Shown one piece after another: positions 43,810-58,791 of a stretch of 64,000 bases of DNA. The translations under genes were made by a program, and so were the position numbers. Numbering within the stretch: position 1 is the stretch's first letter; each line of letters opens with the position of its first letter. Under the pieces are notes generated by a model, which was given only the letters and a program-made list of their open reading frames with translations, did not search any database and was not told where the DNA came from. Origin of the DNA: Octopus vulgaris (Eukaryota); the NCBI GenBank assembly GCA_951406725.2, contig OX597821.1, forward strand, positions 100,812,001 through 100,876,000, given 5' to 3'.

Positions 43810-44130
43810 TAGACAAACTCAGACGTCAAAAGATTATTGATGCATTTCCTGGCATAGCCGTAACTCTCTTGGCAGGTGGAAGAACTGAGTATTCCATGCT
43901 TAAGCTTCCATTAAACCTAACATCCTTGGCTGCAACTGGCTGCAACTGGTTGCAGCATTGTCAATTGAATATATGCGACGAATATACGATGGGCCGCAAA
44001 CTTATCCCTGATTTACCGGATCAGACACTGAAAGACAAAGGGAAAGGCAGTGACATCGTGGTGGAATACAGGTGTATGCAGGTGATTTCCGGCAAATTTT
44101 GCTTGTGAGTCATAAGAGGACTCAAACAAA
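43810..44130 (+). mobile_element. Helitron Pif1-like helicase remnant
   Basis: GIAVTLLAGGRT.YS.LKLPLNL, LNICDEYTM and AGDFRQIL match Helitron helicase motifs (SGIAATLL.GGRTAHS, DE..M, GDFRQ); probably continues to about 44980 past a SINE. Confidence 0.8.
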
Positions 44131-44239
44131 TGAGCTTCATATCTGAGGGCCTCTCTTTGTTAATGTTGACCATGTGGTTGTATACGCGAGACTGAGCAAA
44201 ATTTATGTGTGCGTGTATATATATGAGTGTGTGTGTTTG

Positions 44240-44273
<34 letters not shown>

Positions 44274-44989
44274 TGTATGTATGTATGTATGTATGTATGT
44301 ACTCTTTTACTTGTTTCAGTCATTTTGACTGCGGCCATGCTGGAGCACCGCCTTTAGTCGAACAAATCGACGCCAGGACTTATTTTTATAAGCCTAGTAC
44401 TTATTCTATCGGTCACTTTTGCCGAACCGCTAAGTTACGGGGACGTAAGCACACCATCATCGGTTGTCACGCGATGTTGGGGACACACACACATACACAT
44501 ATATATATATATATATTTACGACGGGCTTCTTTCAGTTTCCGTCTACCAAATCCATTCACAAGGCTTTGGTCGGCCCGAGACTATAGTAGAAGACACTTG
44601 CCCAAGGTGCCACGCAGTGGGACTGAACCCGAAACCATGTGGTTGGTAAGCAAGATATATATATATATATAAGAAGGCTAACAGACACCCATGCATACAA
44701 GTATTTCCTCTCCACTCCACTGATGTTTAATCCAAGGGAAAGTCCACTGAACTTGGGCCGATGCCGCTTGGCACCCAGCATCATTGCAGGTATTGCTGTC
44801 AGAACGCAAAATAGTTGGAACAAGTACAGCAATACAACTTCCAAACCCTCTAACATTTCTGCCCATCTACCGCCCATTATTGCTTTTTTTTCATCAAGAT
44901 TAGATTGGCTTTCAGAACACAAAGAGTTGAAATAAATATTGCGAGACTAATACCCTGCCAATGAGACTCAGATCTTTAATTCAGTACAT

Positions 44990-45383
44990 CAGGGGTTCTC
45001 AGCTGGGGTCTACATTAACCTTAAGGTCCATATATGATTTTGTTGTTAAAATTTATGTGAAATATATCGGTTACATTTCTACAAAGCACAAAAAGAGTCA
45101 AGACTATTGTAAAGGTTTCAAGAAAATTTTAGGAAAATAAAAATATGAAATATGTGGAAATTTTACCGGTGAGTGTGTTAAATTAAAAGGCACAAAAAGA
45201 AAATGACTCTCCCCAGACACAACAGAACAAAATGTTTTAACAACTATTTTAATAATTTCTAATAATATTTAATTATAAAAATAAAATAGGATGTTTTTTA
45301 AACATTGAATGGGTATGAAGGTCTGGTAGAGTGAAATAGGAATCAAAAGGGTCCCTAGGAAAAGAAATGGTTGAGAAACAGTT
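44990..45383. mobile_element. hAT-type MITE (same family as 36231)
   Basis: CAGGGGTTCTCA...GGTTGAGAAAC termini and shared AATAGGAATCAAAAGGGTCC subterminal sequence. Confidence 0.6.
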
Positions 45384-45442
45384 CTGGATGTCAACACAAT
45401 ATGTTTGGTGATGCAAACAGGAAAAGTAGAGCTTCACATATG

Positions 45443-45705
45443 AAGGCGTATGGCCTAGTGGTTAGAGTGTTGCACTCATGATCCAGCGATCGTAATTTCA
45501 ATTCCTGAGTCAGGTGGTGCGTTGTGTTCTTGAGCAAAACACTTCATCTCACGTTGCTCTGCGACCATTTCGACACATGACGCGTGACACACTGTGTTCC
45601 TGTTCAAACAACGTCGGTTTAACGGAGGAAGTGAACTAATGTGCGGCACGAACATTTAATCACTATAAACAAATCATTTGTAAAGTTCGGCAAAAGCTGA
45701 ACGCT
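45443..45705 (+). mobile_element. tRNA-derived SINE family C, diverged copy
   Basis: A box TGGCCTAGTGG, B-like TTTCAATTCC, GTTGTGTTCTTGAGCAAAACACTT core shared with 59918. Confidence 0.7.
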
Positions 45706-45707
45706 GA

Positions 45708-45739
<32 letters not shown>

Positions 45740-45740
45740 C

Positions 45741-45771
<31 letters not shown>

Positions 45772-45784
45772 CATACATACATAA

Positions 45785-46066
<282 letters not shown>

Positions 46067-46270
46067 CATATTACTCTACCGCTGGTATTTAAGTACTCTT
46101 TTTTTCCACCTTGTTTCACATTTATGTGTTTACTCCGGTATATATATATATATATATATATAGATATTATATATAGATATAGATATAGATATCGGGTTGA
46201 CCGCCAATAAATTTAAACTAAGTCTAAGTTGACAGAGACAGTCCTTCCACAACATTAATATATATATATA

Positions 46271-46433
46271 TATTAATGTATGCGTCTCACTCCACATGTA
46301 TTACACGCGCTACTAATAGTTTCACAAACATGGCAAGTATGTTCATCAGAGCGGCCGATGAACCTACTTCTCATGTACGTGAAACTATCAGTAGCTCGTG
46401 TAATACATGTGGAATGAAACGCATACATTAATA
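46271..46433. ncRNA. diverged foldback with a hammerhead motif on each arm (CUGAUGA minus, CCGAUGA plus)
   Basis: Minus 46306-46353: cgct CTGATGA acatac-ttgccat-gtttgt GAAAC tatta GTA gcg; plus: CCGATGA acctac..gtacgt GAAAC tatca GTA. Confidence 0.65.
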
Positions 46434-46679
46434 TTAGACTCTCATTGGAAGGAGTACTCTTCTTGTTGACCTTTTTACGCAGATCAATTGTTCGATAGAA
46501 TAAGTGGCAGGCTTGAGTAGATTCGTTCGACTAAAAGGCGGTGCCCCAGCATGGCCGCAGTCTAATGACTGAAACTAGTAAAAGATACAGGATGTGTGTG
46601 CACACAGGCCTGTATATGTTTCGTAGCTTTTACATTGCTAGTATGCGTGTGTGCATATGTGTCTGTGCGCGTGTGTGAT

Positions 46680-47128
46680 AGACAGAGAGAGACACAGAGA
46701 CACAGAGAGACACAGAGAAACAGAGAGACACACACAGAGACAGAGTCACAGAGAGAGACAGAGACACAGAGAGACAAAGAGAGACACAGAGACGCAGAGA
46801 GACACAGAGTCACAGAGAGAGACAGAGACACAGAGAGACACAGAGACACAGAGTCACAGAGAGAGACAGAGACACAGAGAGACACAGAGACAAAGAGAGA
46901 CAGAGACACAGAGCCACAGAGAGAGACAGAGACACAGAGAGACACAGAGACACAGAGCCACAGAGAGAGATAGAGACACAGAGATACAGAGAGACACAGA
47001 GACACAGAGAGACACAGAGACACAGAGACACAGAGTCACAGAGAGAGACAGAGACACAGAGAGACACAGAGATACAGAGAGACACACAGACACACAGAGT
47101 CACGGTGAGACACAGAGACACAGAGAGA
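46680..47128. repeat. (AGAGACAC)n-type compound microsatellite
   Basis: Repeated CAGAGAGACA/CAGAGTCA units. Confidence 0.9.
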
Positions 47129-47339
47129 GTATCTTCTTTTATGTTTTATTAACGTGTTTCACTTATGTGACTGCGGCCATGATGGAGCACCTCCTTGATG
47201 GGTTTTACTCGAATGAATCAACCCCATGACTTATTTTTTTAATGCCTAGTACAAATTCTATCGGACGGTTTTGCCGAATCGCTAGTTTATGGAAACGTAG
47301 AACCATTAAGACCAGTTGTCAAGCGGTAGTGAAGGACAA

Positions 47340-47419
<80 letters not shown>

Positions 47420-47571
47420 GTATATGTATATGTATATGCATATCAGCCGAAATTGCGAAGATGATCTGGTTCTTGACTGATGACTGAGGGCTTCGAATGT
47501 CCCGTCCTGTGGTTCTTGTGTCGTCTCTTTGGTGTTTCATGTTCTTGTCCATGTCTGTATTTATTTTTTAC

Positions 47572-47636
<65 letters not shown>

Positions 47637-47649
47637 AGAATTTCACGTT

Positions 47650-47684
47650 TTTAACGTTTCAAGCCTACGCTCTTCCACAGAAAG
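47650..47684 (-). ncRNA. minimal type I hammerhead-like motif, A6U core variant
   Basis: Minus strand: cttt CTGTGGA a gagc-gtag-gctt GAAA cg TT aaa. Confidence 0.55.
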
Positions 47685-47736
47685 AAACACTGAAAGAAAC
47701 AAAGAGAGAAAATAAAGAATGTGTAGTGGCTAACGA

Positions 47737-47769
<33 letters not shown>

Positions 47770-48594
47770 GACGGGCTTCTTTCAGTTTCCATCTATCAAA
47801 TCCACTCACAATGTTATGGTCGACCCAAGGCTGTAGTCGAAAACACTCATGGTGTGACGCAGTGAAACTGAACCCAAAGCCATGTAGTTGAGAAGCAAGC
47901 TTCTTATCACACAGCCACGCCCGCGCTTATTATCAATGTTATTTGTGTTTAAAAGAGTTTGTACACGAAGTTACAGTACAGGAAGAAAAGGAAAAAAAAT
48001 GTATAAAAGATAAAATTATCAAGAGAAAAAAAACTCATAACTACCTCCCCAAGGAAACATAGCAATATATAAAAAAAAGTTGGGGGTAGGGTGTTCCATT
48101 TTGTGATTGTATTTGCGAAACGTAGAATGGCGTAGATAGAATGGACTGAGAAATAAGCTGTAGAAATACAAACAGATTAGAGACGAAGGAAAATAAACAA
48201 ATTTGCTGCTACGTATCTGAAACCGCCGGAGACCGTGTGCATATGAAATAGGGGACTTAACCGTGTAAGTACTGGCTTAAAAGCCACCTTACATTCCCAG
48301 AAGTCATGTTTAATGACCATATCACTTCTACTGTAATATCTTTAACGAAGCAAATTATCCCAGAGGTTAATATGAGCGCAAATATCCACACTGGTGATGT
48401 GTAAGATTATATTCTGCAACAATAATTAGATTTCGACCTTGGGCAAACCTAATTCCTACTACTTATCTAATGTTTCAAAATTAATTAAGTTACTAATACA
48501 TAGACAAATCCTTGCCAAAGATTTCATGCAGAATTAAAACGATATAAATACTATAATGATTATTACATTTACGGTTGTTGTTAGAGTGACAAGT

Positions 48595-49718
48595 GGGCAG
48601 AAACGTTAGCACGCTGGGCGAAAGGCGTAGCAGTATTTCGTCTGCCGTTACGTTCGGAGTTCAAATTCCGCCGAGGTCGACTTTGCCTTTCATCCTTTCG
48701 GGGTCGATAAATTAAGTACCAGTTACGCACTGGGGTCGATATAATCGACTTGATCCCTTTGTCTGTCCTTGTTTGTCCCCTCGATGTTTAGCCCCTTGTG
48801 GGCAATAAAGAAATAAGAAACGCTAGCACGCCGGGCGAAGTGCTTGGCAGTATTTCGTCTGCCGCTACGTTCTGAGCTCAAATTCCGCCGAGGTCGACTT
48901 TGCTAAACACAGAGAGGACAAACAAGGACATACAAACGTATTAAGTCGATTATATCGACCCCAGTGCGTAACTGGTACTTAATTTATTGACTCCGAAAAG
49001 ATGAAAGGCAAAGTCGACCTCGGCGGAATTTGAACTCAGAACGTAACGGCAGACGAAATACGGCTAAGCATTTCGCCCGGCGTGCTAACGTTTCTGCCAG
49101 CTCAAAGCCTTTTAAAAATTAAATAATTATTTCTTTATTGCCCACAGGGGGCTAAACATAGAGAGGACAAACAAGGACAGGCAAAGGGATTAAGTCGATT
49201 ACATCGACTCCAGTGCGAAAGGATGAAAGGTAAAGTCGACCTCGGCGGAATTTGTATTCAGAACGCAGCGGCAGATAAATTACCTATTTCTTTACTCCTC
49301 ACAAGGGGCTAAACACAGAAGGGACAAACGGATTAAGTCGATTACATCGACCCCAGTGCGTAACTGCTACTTATTTAATCGACCCCGAAAGGATGAAAGG
49401 CAAAGTCAACCTCGGAGGAATTTGAACTCACAACGTAACGACAGACGAAATACGGCTAACGCATTTCGCTCGGCATGCTAACGTTTCTGCCAGCTCGCCG
49501 CCTTTAAAAAATTAAATATTCTTTTCAACTTTAGGCACAAGACCCGAAATTTTAGGGTAGTGGGCTAGTCGATTAGATCTACCTCAGTACGCAACTAGTA
49601 CTTATTTAATCAACCCCTAAAGGATGAAAGGCAAAGTCGACCTCGGCGGAATTTGAACTCTGAACGTAACGGCAGACGAAATACGGCTACGCTAACGTTT
49701 CTGCCAGTTCGCCGCCTT
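48595..49718. mobile_element. cluster of about six SINE family B copies, two on plus followed by four on minus
   Basis: Repeated TTCAAATTCCGCCGAGGTCGACTTTGC and its reverse complement; strand switch at about 48903. Confidence 0.85.
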
Positions 49719-50948
49719 TCAAAGATTAAATATTGAAGCACATCAACAGCACGAAAAATAATATCAATAAATAACAGGAAATTTGTGACAAATGAAATAG
49801 TGTGAAAGAGAAAGATAAAGGTATACCGTATGTGTGTGTTGTGTGTTGTGTGTTGCGTGTTTGCATGAGTGTGTGTGTTGTGTGTGGGTGTATGTATGTA
49901 AGTGTTTGTCTTTGTGTAAGTGCGTGTGAGTGCATCTATGTGTGTTGTGTGTGAGTGTATGTATATGTGTCTGTTTGTGTATGAGTGCATGCGTGAACGA
50001 CTGTGCGCGTGTGTTTGTGTCTGTGTGTGGTAGCGCGTGTGTGAGTCTATGTGTGTGTGTGCGCGAGCGCCCTTTTCTATGTTTGTGAGTATGTGTGTAT
50101 GAGTGAGTGTATGTGTTCAGTGTGAGAGTGTGTTTGCAAGTGTGTGCTTATGTTGCGCGTGTTTGCGTACGCGAGCGTGCGTGTGTGCATGCGTGTGTGT
50201 CTGTGTGTCCGTGTTGCGCGCATGCGTATGTGTGTGTCCATGTGCGTATGTTTGTCTACCTTTATATTGACACGCTAAAACTTAGTCATTTTGACATTTC
50301 CATTATTGTTGTTTTTGTTATTTTTCTCTTTGGATTTCTTCCTGAGGTGATAGACTGAAGAATAAGGAACTTATGGTGCAAAAATCCGACAAGTAGGTTT
50401 GATGAGAATCGATACTGACAAATATAAGCGCCATACTGGACATAAGGAATATGTTACAAGTGTTGTAGTCCTTTATTCTTTTATTCTCTTATTCTTTTAC
50501 TTGTTTCAGTCATTTGACTGTGGCCATGCTGGAGCACCACCTTTAGTCGAACAAATCGACCCCAGGACTTATTGTTTGTGAGCCTAGTACTTATTCTATT
50601 GGTGCGTTTCACCGAACCGCTAGGTTACGGGGACGTAGACACACCAAAATCAGTTGCCAAGCGATGGCGGGGGTGACAAACAAACGTATACACACACGTA
50701 CATATTCTTCTTTTTTTTCTTTCTTTTATTCTTTTATCTGTTTCAGTCATTTGACTGCGCCCATGTTGGAGCACCGCCTTTAGTCGAACAAATCGACACC
50801 AGGACTTATTCTTTGTAAGCCCAGTATTTATTCTATCGGTGTGTGTTTCAGCGAACCGCCAAGTTACAGGGACACAAACACACCAGCATCAGTTGTCAAG
50901 CGATGTGCGATGTTGGGGGACAAACACAGACATACAAACATATATACA

Positions 50949-51003
<55 letters not shown>

Positions 51004-51009
<6 letters not shown>

Positions 51010-54000
51010 AATATAAGAGAGTGGTCACTATATGGCTCACTCTAGCACCAGTTAATCCAAAAGGTTTCAACCACAAAAATACATGTTTCCCATGAAAGTC
51101 AGTACGATTGTTAGCTCACACGGACAGGGCAAATAAAAAATAACAAAATACAGATTATTTTGGGACAATTGTTTCGCTATTAATGAATTAAATGTAATTT
51201 TACTTACAATAAAATCCACTTGTAGCTCTTCAGCCAAAACTATCTGGATGAAATCCACTCAATCACACGCCAGATTTTACCATAACGATAAATACGCGTG
51301 TGGTTCAATTGATTACATCCGACGTTATAATTCAAATGCCCCAACTAACAGCGCGCCAAATTTTCACGGAAAACAAATACAGCATTTAGAAATAAATGCA
51401 GCATAATTATAATTAATTAATAAGGGTGAGAGAATTAGATACTAATTTAATAGTATATCTATTCTACACCAAGTGGCCTAGTGCTCCGAGAAACCTGGAT
51501 TATTATAATATTTTATAATATATTATAATATTTTTACAAAATAAATATAAGAGAGTGGTCACTATATGGCTCACTCTAGCACCAGTTAATCCAAAAGGTT
51601 TCAACCACAAAAATACATGTTTCCCATGAAAGTCAGTACGATTGTTAGCTCACACGGACAGGGCAAATAAAAAATAACAAAATACAGATTATTTTGGGAC
51701 AATTGTTTCGCTATTAATGAATTAAATGTAATTTTACTTACAATAAAATCCACTTGTAGCTCTTCAGCCAAAACTATCTGGATGAAATCCACTCAATCAC
51801 ACGCCAGATTTTACCATAACGATAAATACGCGTGTGGTTCAATTGATTACATCCGACGTTATAATTCAAATGCCCCAACTAACAGCGCGCCAAATTTTCA
51901 CGGAAAACAAATACAGCATTTAGAAATAAATGCAGCATAATTATAATTAATTAATAAGGGTGAGAGAATTAGATACTAATTTAATAGTATATCTATTCTA
52001 CACCAAGTGGCCTAGTGCTCGAGAAACCTGGATTATTATAATATTTTATAATATATTATAATATTTTTACAAAATAAATATAAGAGAGTGGTCACTATAT
52101 GGCTCACTCTAGCACCAGTTAATCCAAAAGGTTTCAACCACAAAAATACATGTTTCCCATGAAAGTCAGTACGATTGTTAGCTCACACGGACAGGGCAAA
52201 TAAAAAATAACAAAATACAGATTATTTTGGGACAATTGTTTCGCTATTAATGAATTAAATGTAATTTTACTTACAATAAAATCCACTTGTAGCTCTTCAG
52301 CCAAAACTATCTGGATGAAATCCACTCAATCACACGCCAGATTTTACCATAACGATAAATACGCGTGTGGTTCAATTGATTACATCCGACGTTATAATTC
52401 AAATGCCCCAACTAACAGCGCGCCAAATTTTCACGGAAAACAAATACAGCAGCTCTTCAGCCAAAACTATCTGGATGAAATCCACTCAATCACACGCCAG
52501 ATTTTACCATAACGATAAATACGCGTTTGGTTCAATTGATTACATCCGACGTTATAATTCAAATGCCCCAACTAACAGCAATTATAATTATGCTGCATTT
52601 ATTTCTAAATGCTGTATTTGTTTTCCGTGAAAATTTGGCGCGCTGTTAGTTGGGGCATTTGAATTATAACGTCGGATGTAATCAATTGAACCACACGCGT
52701 ATTTATCGTTATGGTAAAATCTGGCGTGTGATTGAGTGGATTTCATCCAGATAGTTTTGGCTGAGTAGCGCGTGTGTGAGTCTATGTGTGTGTGTGCGCG
52801 AGCGCCCTTTTCTATGTTTGTGAGTATGTGTGTATGAGTGAGTGTATGTGTTCAGTGTGAGAGTGTGTTTGCAAGTGTGTGCTTATGTTGCGCGTGTTTG
52901 CGTACGCGAGCGTGCGTGTGTGCATGCGTGTGTGTCTGTGTGTCCGAGTTGCGCGCATGCGTATGTGTGTGTCCATGTGCGTATGTTTGGTAATTTTACT
53001 TACAATAAAATCCACTTGTAGCTCTTCAGCCAAAACTATCTGGATGAAATCCACTCAATCACACGCCAGATTTTACCATAACGATAAATACGCGTGTGGT
53101 TCAATTGATTACATCCGACGTTATAATTCAAATGCCCCAACTAACAGCGCGCCAAATTTTCACGGAAAACAAATACAGCATTTAGAAATAAATGCAGCAT
53201 AATTATAATTGCTGTTAGTTGGGGCATTTGAATTATAACGTCGGATGTAATCAATTGAACCACACGCGTATTTATCGTTATGGTAAAATCTGGCGTGTGA
53301 TTGAGTGGATTTCATCCAGATAGTTTTGGCTGAAGAGCTACAAGTGGATTTTATTGTAAGTAAAATTACATTTAATTCATTAATAGCGAAACAATTGTCC
53401 CAAAATAATCTGTATTTTGTTATTTTTTATTTGCCCTGTCCGTGTGAGCTAACAATCGTACTGACTTTCATGGGAAACATGTATTTTTGTGGTTGAAACC
53501 TTTTGGATTAACTGGTGCTAGAGTGAGCCATATAGTGACCACTCTCTTATATTTATTTTGTAAAAATATTATAATATATTATAAAATATTATAATAATCC
53601 AGGTTTCTCGGAGCACTAGGCCACTTGGTGTAGAATAGATATACTATTAAATTAGTATCTAATTCTCTCACCCTTATTAATTAATTATAATTATGCTGCA
53701 TTTATTTCTAAATGCTGTATTTGTTTTCCGTGAAAATTTGGCGCGCTGTTAGTTGGGGCATTTGAATTATAACGTCGGATGTAATCAATTGAACCACACG
53801 CGTATTTATCGTTATGGTAAAATCTGGCGTGTGATTGAGTGGATTTCATCCAGATAGTTTTGGCTGAAGAGCTACAAGTGGATTTTATTGTAAGTAAAAT
53901 TACATTTAATTCATTAATAGCGAAACAATTGTCCCAAAATAATCTGTATTTTGTTATTTTTTATTTGCCCTGTCCGTGTGAGCTAACAATCGTACTGACT

Positions 54001-54751
54001 TTCATGGGAAACATGTATTTTTGTGGTTGAAACCTTTTGGATTAACTGGTGCTAGAGTGAGCCATATAGTGACCACTCTCTTATATTTATTTTGTAAAAA
54101 TATTATAATATATTATAAAATATTATAATAATCCAGGTTTCTCGGAGCACTAGGCCACTTGGTGTAGAATAGATATACTATTAAATTAGTATCTAATTCT
54201 CTCACCCTTATTAATTAATTATAATTATGCTGCATTTATTTCTAAATGCTGTATTTGTTTTCCGTGAAAATTTGGCGCGCTGTTAGTTGGGGCATTTGAA
54301 TTATAACGTCGGATGTAATCAATTGAACCGCACGCGTATTTATCGTTATGGTAAAATCTGGCGTGTGATTGAGTGGATTTCATCCAGATAGTTTTGGCTG
54401 AAGAGCTACAAGTGGATTTTATTGTAAGTAAAATTACATTTAATTCATTAATAGCGAAACAATTGTCCCAAAATAATCTGTATTTTGTTATTTTTTATTT
54501 GCCCTGTCCGTGTGAGCTAACAATCGTACTGACTTTCATGGGAAACATGTATTTTTGTGGTTGAAACCTTTTGGATTAACTGGTGCTAGAGTGAGCCATA
54601 TAGTGACCATTCTCTTATATTTATTTTCTAAAAATTTTATAATATATTATAAAATATTATAATAATCCAGGTTTCTCGGAGCACTAGGCCACTTGGTGTA
54701 GAATAGATATACTATTAAATTAGTATCTAATTCTCTCACCCTTATTAATTA

Positions 54752-54754
<3 letters not shown>
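51004..54754. repeat. 534-bp tandem array folded back on itself (about 2.7 direct units, scrambled centre, about 2.9 inverted units)
   Basis: Identical 63-aa ORF at 51067/51601/52134 (minus) and 53305/53839/54373 (plus); bounded by (TA)n on both sides. Confidence 0.95.
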
Positions 54755-54830
<76 letters not shown>

Positions 54831-55152
54831 GTTTTTTCTTATATGTCTTAATTTTTTTGCACTGATGAGCATAGAATGCATAGAATGCATTAATTGCGAA
54901 ATCACAGGTGATATGTAACTAAATTCTGTTTTTAAATGATTTGCTTTGAAGTTTTGCATTCGGTACAATTTGTTTGTTTTAGTAGTTTTGACTGCAAGGG
55001 TCCCTCCTAGCGTGCGGTATCTATGAATAATAGTACCCTCTATATAATATAAATAAATACTTTCAAAGTGGAAAAATTTACGGATTTATTCTCTTACGAG
55101 GTTTTTCACGCTAACTACTGATAATTTCTTATAAAGATTTTATCCTTAATTT

Positions 55153-55210
<58 letters not shown>

Positions 55211-55696
55211 CACATATAAGCGCAGGCATGGCTGTGTGTTTAAGAAGCTCGCTCCGCAAGTACGCGGTTTCAGGTTCAATCCCGCTATTCATCACCTTCG
55301 ATAAGTATCTTCTACTATAGTCCCTATGAATTTAGCAGATGAAAACTGTGTGGAAGCCCGTCGTCTGCAAACACACACACACACACACAAACACACATAC
55401 ACACAGACACACACACATGTGTGCGTGTGTGTGCATGTGCAGTTGTCTCTGTGGTGTCTATGTTTGGTTCCGCCCCAGCCTGCTTGACAATGGCTGTTTG
55501 TTTACGTCACCGTAACATTTTATTTTGTTCAGCAACAGAGACCGATTGTATAAGTATCAGATCGAAAAAAAGAAAGAAAGAAGAATTAGTCGTCTGTTCT
55601 ACTAAAGTAAAAAAAGAAAGAAAGCAAAAAAAACCTATTTTAGTTGATGCTCCAGCATAGGTGCAGTCCAATGACTGAAACAGGTAAAAGATAAAA

Positions 55697-55736
<40 letters not shown>

Positions 55737-55933
55737 TACATACATACATACATACATGTGTGTGTATGTGTTTGTGTGTGTGGCCCTGTGGTAAGTAGCT
55801 TGCTTACCAACCACATGGTTCCGAGTTCAGTTCCACTACGTGACACCTTGGGCAAGTATCTTCTACTATAGCCTCGAGCCGACCAAAGCCTTGTGAGTGG
55901 ATTTGGTAGATGGAAACTGAAAGAAGCCTGTCG

Positions 55934-56017
<84 letters not shown>

Positions 56018-56167
56018 TGTGTGTGTGTGTGTGGCTGTGTGGTAAGTAGTTTGCTTCCGGGTTCAGTCCCACTGCGTGGCACCTTGGGCAAGTATCTTCT
56101 ACTATTGACTCGGGCCGACAAAACCTTGCGAGTGGATTTGGTAGACGGAAACTGAAAGAAGCCCGTC

Positions 56168-56235
<68 letters not shown>

Positions 56236-56258
56236 GTATATATATGTATATATATATG

Positions 56259-56345
<87 letters not shown>

Positions 56346-56349
<4 letters not shown>

Positions 56350-56670
56350 CCCCTTCGGTCATGAGTGACCATGGGATTGCACCTAGAAAGTTACCTTCCT
56401 AGACACAAGTCCGGGCAAGGTTGTTTATGGGAGACCAGGAGTCGCCCATGCATACCAGCCTCCCCTCTCCACGCCACCAGTGTTATCCAAGGGAAAGACA
56501 AAGGTCGATACAGCTTTGCACCAGTGACGTCGCAACTCATTTCTACAGCTGAGTGAACTGGAGCAACGTGAAATAAAGTGCCTTGCTCAAGAACACAACA
56601 CGCAGCCCGGTCCGGGATTCGAGCTCACAACCTCACGATCGTAAGCTCGATGCTCTAACCACTGAGCCAT
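56346..56670 (-). mobile_element. tRNA-derived SINE family C
   Basis: Reverse complement of 59918-60245. Confidence 0.85.
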
Positions 56671-56749
56671 GATACATATATATATATATATACATATAGA
56701 TATACATATATATATATACATATATATATATACATATATATATATATAC

Positions 56750-56841
<92 letters not shown>

Positions 56842-56980
56842 CTATACGACGGGCTTCTTTCAGTTTCCGTCTACCAAATCCACTCGCAAGGTTTTGTCGG
56901 CCCGAGTCAATAGTAGAAGATACTTGCCCAAGGTGCCACGCAGTGGGACTGAACCTGGAAGCAAACTACTTACCACACAG

Positions 56981-57061
<81 letters not shown>

Positions 57062-57274
57062 CGACAGGCTTCTTTCAGTTTCCATCTACCAAATCCACTC
57101 ACAAGGCTTTGGTCGGCTCGAGGCTATAGTAGAAGACACTTTCCCAAGGTGTCACGTAGTGGAACTGAACTCGGAACCATGCGGTTGGTAAGCAAGCTAC
57201 TTACCACACAGCCACACACACAAACACATACACACACATGTATGTATGTATGTATGTATGTATGTATGTATGTA

Positions 57275-57320
<46 letters not shown>

Positions 57321-57812
57321 TTTTATCTTTTACCTGTTTCAGTCATTGGACTGCACCTATGCTGGAGCATCAACTAAAATAGGTTTTTTTTGCTTTCTTT
57401 CTTTTTTTACTTTAGTAGAACAGACGACTAATTCTTCTTTCTTTCTTTTTTTCGATCTGATACTTATACAATCGGTCTCTGTTGCTGAACAAAATAAAAT
57501 GTTACGGTGACGTAAACAAACACCCATTGTCAAGCAGGCTGGGGCGGAACCAAACATAGACACCACAGAGACAACTGCACATGCACACACACGCACACAT
57601 GTGTGTGTGTCTGTGTGTATCTGTGTTTGTGTGTGTGTGTGTGTGTGTGTTTGCAGACGACGGGCTTCCACACAGTTTTCATCTGCTAAATTCATAGGGA
57701 CTATAGTAGAAGATACTTATCGAAGGTGATGCATAGCGGGATTGAACCTGAAACCGCGTACTTGCGGAGCGAGCTTCTTAAACACACATGCCATGCCTGC
57801 GCTATGTATGTG

Positions 57813-57884
<72 letters not shown>

Positions 57885-58674
57885 AAATTAAGGATAAAAT
57901 CTTTATAAGAAATTATCAGTAGTTAGCGTGAAAAACCTCGTAAGAGAATAAATCCGTAAATTTTTCCACTTTGAAAGTATTTATTTATATTATATAGAGG
58001 GTACTATTATTCATAGATACCGCACGCTAGGAGGGACCCTTGCAGTCAAAACTACTAAAACAAACAAATTGTACCGAATGCAAAACTTCAAAGCAAATCA
58101 TTTAAAAACAGAATTTAGTTACATATCACCTGTGATTTCGCAATTAATGCATTCTATGCATTCTATGCTCATCAGTGCAAAAACTCAAGACATATAAGAA
58201 AAAACACAACATTACAAACCCGACAGCCAACCGTAGAATTCGTCGTAGCATGTACGAATGTTTATCTTTACATATCTATGAAAATGGCGGGCTTATTCGC
58301 AATGCATTTCGGTGACAAATTGATTACTCGGAACAAAAATTCAGTATTGAACTATTCCGGTGAAAAATATAAATTTAAAATTAAGGATAAAATCTTTATA
58401 AAAAATTATCAGTAGTTAGCGTGAAAAACCTCGTAAGAGAAAAAATCCGTATATTTTTCCACTTTGAAAATATTTATTTTATCGGTACAATTTGTTTGTT
58501 TTAGTAGTTTTGACTGCAAGGGTCCCTCCTAGCGTGCGGTATCTATGAATAATAGTACCCTCTATATAATATAAATAAATACTTTCAAAGTGGAAAAATT
58601 TACGGATTTATTCTCTTACGAGGTTTTTCACGCTAACTACTGATAATTTCTTATAAAGATTTTATCCTTAATTT

Positions 58675-58791
<117 letters not shown>

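Noticed and set aside
51067-54564. Six copies of a 63-aa ORF MDFIQIVLAEELQ...
   Set aside because: Incidental frame with a GTG start inside the 534-bp repeat; no recognisable domain or splice structure.
51004-54754. CRISPR-like array
   Set aside because: Units are long and identical with no unique spacers, no cas genes, and the context is eukaryotic.
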